Shown here one piece after another: positions 1-11,321 of a stretch of 64,000 nt of DNA. Source of the DNA: Tubulanus polymorphus (Eukaryota > Animalia > Nemertea); NCBI RefSeq assembly GCF_964204645.1, contig NC_134033.1, positions 702,131 through 766,130 of the forward strand. Direction: 5' to 3'. Numbering within the stretch: position 1 is the stretch's first letter; the number at the start of each line of letters is the position of its first letter. Below the pieces are notes generated by a model. That model ran no database searches and was not told the origin of the DNA. It saw only the letters and a list, made by a program, of their open reading frames with translations. Position numbers and translations under genes: made by a program.

Positions 1-313
1 GTCTTTGCTCGCTTCCCTTTCACTCTCCACCTCTCTCCTAACCTCATCTCTCTCCTCATATCTCTCCTCATCTCTCTCCTCATCTCTCTCCCAGTCTCCT
101 CTCTAACCGCTGATCCTAAAACCATTCTCACTCCTCCCTCTCCTCTTGCTTGTTCCTCTCCATCTCACCACTCTCTCCTCATCTATCTCCTCATCTCTCT
201 CCTCATCTCTCTCATCTCTCTCCTCATCTCTCTCCTCATCTCTCTCCTCATCTCTCTCCTCATCTCTCTCTATCTCCTCATCTCTCTCCTCATCTCTCTC
301 CTCATCTCTCTCC

Positions 314-347
<34 letters not shown>

Positions 348-891
348 ATCTCTCTCCTCATCTCTGTCCTCATCTCTCTCTATCTCCTCATCTCTCTCCT
401 CATCTCTCTCTATCTCCTCATCTCTCTCCTCATCTCTCTCTATCTCCTCATCTCTCTCCTCATCTCTCTCCTCATCTCTCTCCTCATCTCTCTCCTCATC
501 TATCTCCTCATCTATCTCCTCATCTCTCTCCTCATCTCTCTCCTCATCTCTCTCCTCATCTCTCTCCTCATCTATCTCCTCATCTCTCTCCTCATCTCTC
601 TCCTCATCTCTCTCTCTCTCCTCATCTCTCTCCTCATCTCTGTCCTCATCTCTCTCTATCTCCTCATCTCTCTCCTCATCTCTCTCTATCTCCTCATCTC
701 TCTCCTCATCTCTCTCTATCTCCTCATCTCTCTCCTCATCTCTCTCCTCATCTCTCTCCTCATCTCTCTCCTCATCTATCTCCTCATCTATCTCCTCATC
801 TCTCTCCTCATCTCTCTCCTCATCTCTCTCCTCATCTATCTCCTCATCTATCTCCTCATCTCTCTCCTCATCTCTCTCCTCATCTCTCTCA
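1..891. repeat. Polypyrimidine microsatellite-like array, ~12-bp unit (CTCATCTCTCTC)n
   Basis: Directly visible tandem unit; it produces the spurious low-complexity ORFs at 146-959. Confidence 0.95.
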
Positions 892-1980
892 ATCTCCGTC
901 TGTTCAGGAGATGCTGGATTCCACACTTCGCCCCTCGTCGTATTTGAGGATTTAAACATATTCTCTATGATCGATATATGTTATGTTTTTAAATCTCCAA
1001 TACCGCGTACAGACGGAAGAATCTCAATACGTCGTATGACTCTGAGAAGATTACGTTGTAATACAGAAGGCGCCAGCATTTCCTGACAACAGCAGCTTGT
1101 GCCGGATCAATCAGTTCATAAGGTATAAAAACATACATTTATTTTATTAATTTCGAGTTATGTGAATTTATGATTATCTTGATTTCTTGGACTCGCTTAA
1201 GGACTAGATTTATAGAATTCGGAATACAGTGATATTTCATTCCGAAGATTTCGGAAAAAAAAACAACATAAACATGTTTACAGCCGTGATCGAATTTGAT
1301 TTAAGCTAATTAGATTTTAAAATGATATTTCTTTTTGGTTATTGAAAGTGAAAGTATTCAATCCTTTGTTCAGATTGATTTATGAAACATGTGTCTGACA
1401 CTCGGTGGTTTAACCACGTCTTGTGTGTTTCACTAGGAGTAGCAGCTGAAATATAGCTACAAAGCAGCGACATCGGGTTTCTGCCTAACTGCTTCAAATG
1501 TCGCACTGGGAAGCGTGCGAAGATTTCATCGAAATAATTTGATTAATTGATGTTTTAATACTCAAATATAGCCTACACCTATAACTGTATATAACTTATG
1601 ATAACTGAATAATAATTTCATGTAGTTTTATGTATAGAAGATTCGAGCGCTCAGGTCGAATCTGATGAAATCGTAGAAAACTGTTTAAATCTGAAGTTCG
1701 TTGAAATATCCTGATGACACCACTGAATCTATATGAAATACATCATAACACATCATGTACGACTCTTTGACAAGTTTTCAATATCCTGAAATGTCCGACT
1801 TAAGCGATTCCGAAGTCATCTGATATTGAATTGTATATTGTTTCTTTACCCAGTCTCCGAAGCTGGTCTATTCTAAGTGTTATTTTATCAACATCTGCCG
1901 AAACATAAGATACTTTAATGGTTTTGGGTGAAATTTTTCCATTATTCTAATCTATTAATTAGGTCACACAGTAATTAGCG

Positions 1981-3694
1981 ATGGATAGCAATAATCTGTT
2001 TCTGGTGAATCCCCCGGTTGGACATGAATTGGGCGTTGTTGGAGGAGAAAATTTCTCCAGAGGTCCTGGAGGACTCACTATTATTCAAACTCCTGCTACA
2101 GCCCCTCCAGTTGACGACGATGGACATCGCTACAGATTTGCACGTGATACTCAGTTGAGATGTGGTCTCATTCAGTTATTCATCGGTCTCACATATCTGG
2201 GAACCGGAATGTATTGTATCCTAGGTACGTCTCAAAGCAAACACGAGATATTCATAAAATATTGTCACATAAAATCTGAAGCTTGAAACCTGAAAGCCAG
2301 AAAGCCTACTGAACACACGTGAAGTGTGGATAATCAGTTTTTGAAAATGTCCTGATCGAAAAAATGACCAGAGTTTGTGTCCTCATAAAAAAAAATGTCT
2401 CAGGTGAAGTATATATATTGAAAATATGTGACGATCAGTTTTTGAAATGAGGTGGATACTACTGAGAGGTAATCGGGTCCAGTGATGGGTTGCAGGATCC
2501 AGTTTATGGATTGTAGGATTCAATTGATGGGTTGAATGATCCAGTTGGGAGGTTGCAGGATTCAGTTGGGAGGTTACATGATCCTGGCTACTAATTGATA
2601 CCTGTATTGACTAGTAGTGACTATGGTTATATGTATTCTAGGAGCTGGTTTCATTGAACCAATCTACCACAATTTCTGGGCTGGCGGTCTGTTTCTATTC
2701 GCCGGTATATTCGCTCTGATATCGTGCTGTTCGGAAACAACTTGTCCAATAGTCGGCTGTATGGTCCTGTCGATATTCGCGTCGATTGTAGCGCTCGCCT
2801 GCGCAGTACTGATGGGAGTGGTGGCGTACGCTGCATCGGTGAGTACAGGAGAGAGATGAGAGAAATATCCCGCAAAAATTCAGCCTAGGATACATTATGG
2901 TATTAATCCGCTGGTTATCTTTAACCACCTTTGAGCAACTGGGTCCCAGTTCCACAGTTGTGAGTTAGAGTTAACTCTTGAGTTAAAATCAGTTCATTAT
3001 CAATGTTTTTAATCTAATGTCAACTGTAAACTCACAACTGTAGAACTGGATCCTGCTCTTTAATCAGCTTGAAGCTGCAGTGATCGCCCAGTGTCAAAAA
3101 TCGCGCAGTCTTATCTTCCGTCGACGGAGATTTGAACATGATGATGGCATCGCGAGACTGTGACAGTGCCTCGATCTCTTTGAAACCCTTGACGTCGATT
3201 CCTCATCGAACTTAACCGATTTTTGTTCCATAGAATCAAAACGAAATGAAGTAGTAGAATTCATTGAGATATTTCCTCTAGAATAGAAGCGCTAGTTTGA
3301 TGTTTATTAACACGTTGTGTTTGTTATATTACAGTATGTTGACGATAATGTGTGTATTAAAGCTGTGAACAAAGTCGTCGACACATCCGAGACGTTGACT
3401 GGTTTGGCCGATGTAATGCAGGGAGCTGTCGGCGGGGTTAGACTTAGCAGTAATTTGCCATTCATTGATCTGTTGAAGTTTCTGTGTAACTACATCCATG
3501 GTTTAAGGGTGGCGTTCTGTATCGAGGCTGTGCTCGGTGGGGTGGAGCTGATTGTTGCTATGGTCCAGTACAGTGTATGCTGCCGTACCACGTGTTGCCA
3601 AGGGAAACGACCGACCTCTCAACCACAGCAACCTACCACCATTGTTTACGGTGCATGCACGAGCTCGCCATCTATCGGTTCCTCGTGGAAATAA
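1981..3694 (+). CDS. MS4A/CD20-like four-transmembrane protein, ~266 aa; exons 1981-2224, 2642-2838, 3335-3694
   Basis: GT-AG introns keep frame (801 nt). Four hydrophobic helices, the FWAGGLFLFAGIFALIS segment resembles MS4A TM2, and there is a Cys-rich tail (CCRTTCC). Confidence 0.7.
2941..3053. mobile_element. Short palindromic MITE (CCAGTTCCACAGTTGTGAGTT termini); related copy at ~19017-19126
   Basis: Terminal inverted repeats ccagttccacagttgtgagtt / aactcacaactgtagaactgg; dispersed copies. Confidence 0.65.
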
Positions 3695-4096
3695 ACGACT
3701 ATAAGACTATTAGTGATCGTGCGTACAAAAAACATCTTCACGCATTCGCCATCTAACGGTAGAAAATGTACACAAAAACTACTAGACGGTCCCGGTTACT
3801 CATATCACTAACTCGACGCACTTGCCATCTAGCGGTAGTAAACGCATGAGAATCAGATCGGAGTAGACGCTTATAGTCGATAGTATCAACGGCTGATGGA
3901 TTATCATTAGACTCGGCTCAAGTTGGATCCAATATCGTAATGATGCCACTTGAAGTGAATTATAAAATATCCAACTCGGATCGCCATTGATAAAACGCTA
4001 TATCTCCGGGTTGTGACGATGAAATAACGAGAATCCCACATAATGATAATGAGAGACATTGATGAAAGTCCGAAAATATTTTCTAGAGCCAGAGTT

Positions 4097-4150
4097 GTTT
4101 ACTCGACGTTTCGACTATATTTTAATTAATAGTCGTCTTCAGGAATACTG
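4097..4150 (-). ncRNA. Minimal type I hammerhead ribozyme (GUC cleavage site)
   Basis: Minus strand reads tattc CTGAAGA c gactat..atagtc GAAA cGTC gagta: stem I, intact core, stem II and palindromic ACGT helix III. Confidence 0.7.
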
Positions 4151-4165
4151 TTCAGTAATTATTCT

Positions 4166-4354
4166 CAGTATTCCCGAAGATGACTATCAGGATATAGTCG
4201 AAACGTTGAATAAACTACACTAGCTCAAGGAATACAGTATTCCTGAAGATGACTATCAGGATAAAGTCGAAACGTTGAATAAACTACACTAGCTCAAGGA
4301 ATACAGTATTCCCGAAGATGACTATAAGAATATAGTCGAAACGTTGAATAAACT
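4166..4354 (+). ncRNA. Three tandem (69-bp period) minimal hammerhead ribozyme motifs
   Basis: tattc C(C/T)GAAGA t gactat..atagtc GAAA cGTT gaata, starting at 4166, 4235 and 4304. Only the middle copy has canonical CTGAAGA. Confidence 0.65.
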
Positions 4355-4357
4355 CGT

Positions 4358-5667
4358 GGGCCCGGTTTTATAGACTGGTTTTAAACTTAACAGAGGGTTT
4401 GACTCAATTCATTTTCCAATTAAGTTAATACCAGTCTATAGAACTGACCCCTGGCTCTAGAAATTATTTTAGGACTTTGTCTCTCATTTCATTATCTGGG
4501 ATTCTCTGGGTCGGTAAGATACGACTTGAGCGGAGTCTTCCGTCTTTCTTCACTTCAAAAATGTAATTTCCTCTTTGTAAACAATAAAATTTTGTTTCAT
4601 TAAGAGATAAAATCGATTTATTCACTATACAATAATTCTTGATATAAATATATGCAAACAATTTTCAAAAGTTTTAAAATCAAGTATTTATTCAAACAAC
4701 AAGAATTAAGACGCTTCATCGTCAGGTAGGTCACACGATTATTACTAGTGAAAATTCGAGACGCTGCGTGACTTGAATTGATTCTTGGTTTTAAAACTTT
4801 TAAATCTGCATATAGTGGGCTTTTCTCATTAGTTGATCATTTTGGGATCAAGACCTCTAGACCCAGTTGCACAGTCGTGACTTAAGTTCTACAGTGGTCT
4901 CAAATCTTAAGACTGGTCTTAAGTTGTTAGATTGGCTTTAGAACTAAATTGGTCTTAGACTGGTCATAAGTCTGAGCCACGACTATGCAACCGGCCCCTA
5001 GTTTTAACGATGCTCGGTTTCATAAGTCTGGTTAGAATTAGTTCAATTAGGATGTTGAGACCATGAGGAGTCAGATTTTCACCGAGACTTTGTTGAACCG
5101 GGTCCAGCTTCGTAAACCGGTCTTAACTTGAATCCAGAACGGTTCTAATCAAATCAGTTAACTCCCGGACTTATGTTAAAACCGGTCTCCCAAACTGCAG
5201 TTGCTCAAAAGGTGGTTAACTGGTCAACTGGTTATCTCGTGGATGGATGATATGGTGACGATTGAAATTGGATTTTAAGTAGGATTGGTCACCTGTTAAC
5301 TCTACCCAATGTTTGAGCAACTGCAGCCCCTGGACCCAGTTTCACGAAAAAGTGTAATCCAAAAACGGTTAAGTTTGAATTGTTGTCCTCATTGAAGTAA
5401 TGAAGTAACCAATATTGAAATTAAACCAAAAATATGAGTTAAACCTTTTTGTGAAACTGGGCCCTGCTGATTTATTTTGGTTGTTTTATCTCAAGCTGAA
5501 CGATGATGAAGCGGTATGCACGCGGACATATACATCAGTCGTCTGTGTGAGTGAGTGATGGGTGAGGGCGCGGTTCCGCGGTTATGAGTCAAAATTCAAC
5601 TCAGAGTTTAATTCAGTTCATAAACCCTCGAGTTCAACTTAGAATCAGGACCGCGGAACCGCGTCCG
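4358..5667. mobile_element. Cluster of different ~90-140 bp MITEs (about 4358-4450, 4860-4998, 5198-5330, 5332-5463, 5566-5667)
   Basis: Each has inverted termini of the GGNCC(A/G)GTT type, e.g. cccagtttcac / gtgaaactggg and gcgcggttccgcgg / ccgcggaaccgcg. Confidence 0.65.
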
Positions 5668-5679
5668 GGATACCACAAC

Positions 5680-8340
5680 TAGAGTGCTGCTGGTCCTGGT
5701 AGTCCGGGATGATGCTGGTCCTGTTTAGTCCGGGATGCTTCTGGTCCTGTCAGTCCGGAATACTGATGCGCTGTTCGACACCAAACTGGAAAATAAAGAT
5801 ACAACAATCTAAAACTTGATAAGAGAAGATATTGAGAGATACTGACCTGTATTTGAAACTGACCTTCTGGAAAATGCGATTGTACTGATTGAACCTCTGT
5901 CTCCGGTAGAGTTGAGTTCTGGTTGAACCTCTGTCTCCGGTATAGTTGAGTTCTGGTTGAACCTCTGTCTCCGGTTGAGTTGAGCTGAGTTGAGTTTTGG
6001 TTGAACCTCTGTCTCCGGTTGAGTTGAGTTCTGGTTGAACCTCTGTCCCCGGTATAGTTGAGTTCTCCGCGCATTGTTCCCGCTGTGAAAAGAAACCATC
6101 AAACATTAGTTTCATTTATGTGATGAATGACACTGAACGCGATGTCGTCTGTCGACAGCGTTCATACACTGGTCACTACACAGTGGCTTTCAATATGGAA
6201 ACCACTTGTGAGTTCATACTTACACTAGTGTGTCTGAATGTCCAGTCAGGTGAAGGTGTTTGGGGGACGTGTGTCCAGTCAGGAGTTTGGGGGCCTCGGG
6301 TCGGCGTGACGCGTGTCCAGTCAGGTGTTTGGGCATCGGGTCGACGTGACGCGTGTCCGCTCAGAATTCCGCATATTACAAAACTATAAATACACAATAC
6401 ATGACAAACAGTTATTACAATATCAAACACAGTTTTGAAACTCGGATAGAATATTTTACCTCTATTTTCCAGCATCCCTTTCACAGCGGTATATTTCATG
6501 TGAACCTCGCGATGTCGTCAGTGATAAAATCGCGCGAAATTACTTCAAAAATAAAATGGCGCGAAATGAATTCAAAAATAAAATGGCGCGAGTTGACCTG
6601 TACCGTACAGGGTTCTAATCGTCTAATGATACGAATTTACAATTAAACCAAATTTCATCGTTAAAACCGCAAAGATAAACGCGAAAAATATCGACATCAA
6701 AACAAACAGCGCGCGCCCAAAATCAGTTCAAATATCAATTAATTGATTCAACCAAATAAACCAGAAACCCAGGTACCACAGGAACAGGGCCCGACCGGGT
6801 GGGGGGGGGGTGCTGTCTGAACCTGAAACCAGTTGTACGTAAGTAAATGTCATTTGTATTTTATAAGAAGTAGAGTTCAACAGTTCAACTCTTCATCTTA
6901 ATCAAATCACACTTAACTCACAAACTGTCAAACATTTTCAATCCAGTTCAATTGTAAATAAATGCAACTTTTATTGTCAAAAAGTTCCACTTGAAATAAC
7001 AACTGTATTTTATATCAACAGCTGAAATTATGTTCTAATTCACAGATTTATCAACTAACTATTCTAACCTAACCTATATATTCGGCCTACCTATTCTGGC
7101 TCGGGTTTAGGGGGGTAGGGAGGGGGATACTGAAATAGAGACATGTTATACAGGTCACACCGGAATTCTTCAGTCACTCTGTCATCATCATTCAACTTCA
7201 GGTTCAATCTTCTGTGACTAGGGGGTCTTGTTCTTCACACTGAAATAGAACATACAGGCCGCACCTGAATCTGGCCACTCTGTTGTGTGCTGGGGGTGAA
7301 GACACGTACTCTGTGGCCAAGTCTTCTGGGGTCTTGTCTCAGCGATGACCCTGAAATTGTCATGTTTATTTCAACTAAACGTTTTTACATAAAAGTCGTT
7401 GTCTTATAAAATAAAAGATTCAAAAAACGGAAATTCTGAAATAAAATGAAAACACCTGAAAATATAGAAAAACCCTGGAAATAGAAGCATAAAATACAGA
7501 ATCCTAAAATAAAGATATTAGGCATCAAAATAAACAGACAGCTTCTCCGTCAGACCCAGAGACCCAAAGACCCACAGGACCCTGACACAAATAGCACCCA
7601 AATTTCTTTACTTAAAATTACACATATTATTTAAGATTGTACTAATATTCATGCATTTCTATAACTTACTAACTCACCGAGTAAGTTCCTAAACTAACTA
7701 AACCTATAAAACATAATTTCAGCTGTTAATGTTTTTCTAACTCACAGTTTATCCAATCCTGTGTGTAATGTATGAATCCAGGGATCCTCAGAATTATAGT
7801 CAGTTTTTATCCTCGTGTTTTCGATAACAGTTCACAGTTTTTTATGAGCGCAGTTTGTTATAATGTCACAATAATCCTGAATTAGTTTGAACTCCGATTG
7901 AATCGATTCCATTCCGAATTCCGTGAAGCCTGAAAAATAAAATAACGAAGAAATTCAAACAACCACTTAGTCGAAGTACCGATAAATTCATTTCCCGGGC
8001 AAAAACTCCTCACAACTTCGCGCCTCACTGCACTCGCTTTACGGGGGGTGCCCCTAGTAATCGGAAAGGTACCCCACGTATGTTGCCCCCCCCCCCCCTA
8101 AAAATTAATCCAGCATCTACCCTTGTATCTGAATAGTCTATAAGTAACGAGTAGAAATTTATATGCCGTTTACATAGCGGGTTTTACACGTGTGAAAATC
8201 AACTCACTTTTTCACGTAAATATCTAGAAATTTGCGATGCGAAAACCTCGACAAACTCACCTAACAATCGCGTTCATCTTATCCGTATCAGTTATATCGT
8301 TTCTGAATTGTTTTTTTATCGTTTAATTTCGTGTTTTATG
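5680..8340 (-). ncRNA. Putative spliced long non-coding transcript
   Basis: Series of minus-strand acceptors (~7930, 7352, 7240, 6083, 5866, 5787) and donors (~8260, 7745, 7677, 5847). CpG-rich upstream region with two CCAAT boxes (~8437, ~8478). No convincing ORF. Confidence 0.35.
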
Positions 8341-11321
8341 ATGTGGTTTTAAGCGCGGTGGTGACGGATTCTAATGGAGCGGGTTTCTTGCTCGCTTTGC
8401 ACTCGGCTCGAGCGCGGCTGGTCATCGCGGCCGGCGATTGGTCGCATAATTGATGCGGGATGCAATAAGTAATTCTGATTGGTCAAGTGGCGCGCATAGC
8501 TAATGATGACCTGAACTGGACAGAACCGGTTTCGGTCACCCTGATGATGATACATGTACAACTGAATTCTATATTGCGCAATACAGCCAGGCTAACCTGT
8601 TATTTATCTATTTGGCAGAGACATTAGTGAAACCAGTGTCCTACTGGAATCGGACGGGAATTTCTCGTAATTCAACGCGGATAAGATTTGAAAGTTGTCT
8701 ACCACCCAAACATATTCCAATGCGTTACCAGGCACAGAGTCCAGTGGTAAACGTCTCTCCTGACCAAGTTGAACAAAAGTTTCGAAAATTTAACCCAGAC
8801 ACGAAAATAAAAATGGCCAAATTGAAATGCAATCGGTTTAGGAATGCGGGAAACGCAACTACCGTATCCAAAAGTCTTCCATGAATATAGATATTTACTC
8901 TACCTAACTACTTATGATGTCCTAATAATTCAATTGTTTTATATTATGAATCATCTATACTTTAAAAACGAAAGACTCCATGAAGAATGAACTACATTCC
9001 AGTTTCGACCATGGAGTTGATTATGACCGCGCGCCGGGAGTGCCATCGCCGGGAGTGCTATCGCCTTCTAAAAACTATCGTCAAAAATAGGCTGAAATTG
9101 TCAACTTACAAATCCAAAATTGAGAAATTAAACGAGACTTACCTGTAAGTTGAAGTTTGATTGTAATTCTTCGGAATTATACCAGATGCGAGTGCGCCCG
9201 ACAATATCCACTCCGACCAAGCCGTGGAGGTGTTGCAATGGATTGGTGTTATCTCACCAAGAAACGGTACTCGCGACCCGATAAATTGTAAATTTTGTAA
9301 ATTTGTAAAATTTTTTCATAGCCCTATTTGTAAACCACGCTGGATGGAATCTAGATTGAATCGATACGGAATCTAGATGGAATCGATACGGAATCTTGAT
9401 GGAATCGATACGGAATCTATACGGAGTGATCGCGAGGTGATATACACAATTTCCTATCTACGTAGTTTATTCAGCCTCTCAGTTTTCAATACCACAGAAA
9501 ATATTCCAATATTATTTTTTTGTGGAAATTTTTCGATAATTTCGGTGATTTTTCCTTCATGCCCTCCGCTCGGGATTGTGGAATAAAGCAAAAAAATCGA
9601 ATCTCCTGAGTTTTGCAAGTGTGTTCTGAGCCTCAGGAATGACGGTTCCGATTTTCGAAAGGAACGTGCAACATAAAATGTTTACAATTATCAAGAACAT
9701 TTTTATTTTTGAATATATGTAAGGAAAAAGTGGTGGACAAAAATCAATAGGTTAAGATTCACATTTATATGAGAGGTAACCGGCCGGGCCCGCGAGAGGA
9801 AAGATATTGAGTAGTAACTTTAGTAACAATTGTAGAATCTCAACAAAATACAATTTTTGACTGCTGTGCACTTAACCAAATTTCGTCGTTGACATATTTA
9901 TCCCCAAACATAAAACATATCATCATTTAAAGCGGCGCGGCGGCAAGTGATCTCCGTCGATCCTTATCCGCAATATAGCCAAACCCGATCACCCTTAATC
10001 CAGATCCGCGATTTTAGATGAACTTATACATACTGTCCGAATTGCTAATCCGATACATAGGGTTAGCGCTGTCCTGAATCCATATCCAGGATATAGCGTT
10101 ATCTCAAGTATATGCAGATTATGGCGTTGCAGGGTTTGTGGCCTTAGATACCCAGTCAAGATGGTTATGCCCTGTGTAGACATAAAATAAAAATCTTTAA
10201 GGTGAAAAGTTTGCTACCCTTTGTAATAAAAAAATAAATTTTTCCTCTTATATGTCTGAACCTATAATCATAGTTTACTCTTTGAATAGACAGGATCAAC
10301 CTCTTCGATGGAATCTATTCTAAAGATAGTGGTTTTGAATGTGTTTGTTTTTTTAGGTTTTTTCAGGCAAGTCGTCGTACCACAAAGTAGTAAACATAGT
10401 TTTACTATTTCTCGTGGTCTGTTGAGTCATTGAACTGGCGTGATAGGCTTCAGAGCCAATAGCAATTCAATTATCCTTTATTTATAAAATTAGTATAATT
10501 ACGGATCTTTTCACTAATTAGAAATTAATCAAATCGATCTTATTCGATGAAATAAATTGATATAATGGTATTAAGGAAGTCTAGTTGAACAGTACGCCGG
10601 GTTCGAGCCCGACCAGTACTATAGTGCATTGCAGCAAGTTCTGACCCCCTAAACCTAAAAACCCTGGCTGAAGTGAAGAAATCTATTGCGATTGTTTGAG
10701 ATAGCTCCCGGGTTTGATGAGTTTGGCCCTTCATGATGCTTCGTGTATTGTTGAACTGACAATGTGACCCAAGGAGTCGAGCTCGATGCGTCAAATGAAT
10801 TGTGAAGTAAATTTTCCAATTTTCTCTGATCTGATTCGGATTGATTGTCGTCGATTGGTGGTGTCAAACGTCGGAAAGAAAAATTGATTGAAGATTGAAA
10901 TCTAGACCTAGAACTATTAAAAGGGGGTCAAAAAGCTGTTTATGGGCGTTTGATTTTAACATTCACATTTCATAATTTAATTTCACGATTCTGTGGGTTT
11001 TTGTAAGTATTTCATTTTGTTGGGGAAACCCAACAATAAAAGCCCAATTTACCCCACACATGTGTGAGGTGTGGGGTCCTATAAACTAACCCCCCCCCCC
11101 TTCCCCCCACATCATTGTTAAGACCTGATATTCATTCCTATTTTGTATTTAATGTTTTTTCAGAAGTAGAAGATTCCAATTCATCCTGAAATTGCCTAAA
11201 TTCCTAGGAAAAAAAGGAAAGAATTCTTCATTTAAACTTTCTGTCAGTTGAAATCTGTTATTGTGGTGGTACGCAGCGCTGCAGGGAACCAGTCACACAG
11301 CCACAGGGAACCAGTCACAAG

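Larger units (their letters stand above)
4029..4507. mobile_element. Palindromic non-autonomous element with minimal hammerhead ribozymes (Penelope-like element terminus)
   Basis: 4029-4150 is an inverted copy of the 4304-4507 arm, which is interrupted by a MITE at 4358-4450. The arms contain CTGAAGA-N-stem-GAAACGT motifs. Confidence 0.65.

Noticed and set aside
146-959. Long ORFs in three frames
   Set aside because: Translations of a simple repeat; the same applies to ORFs at 11453, 12190, 17634, 21922, 27487, 28369, 35522 and 51779.
8499-8550. C/D snoRNA-like (ATGATGA..CTGA) or degenerate hammerhead (ctaatga..ACCGGT)
   Set aside because: Too short for a C/D snoRNA, and the hammerhead core boxes are broken.
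8580-10800. Short ORFs (60-90 aa) upstream of CUL4
   Set aside because: No recognisable domain or coherent exon structure; probably decayed repeat or intergenic DNA.
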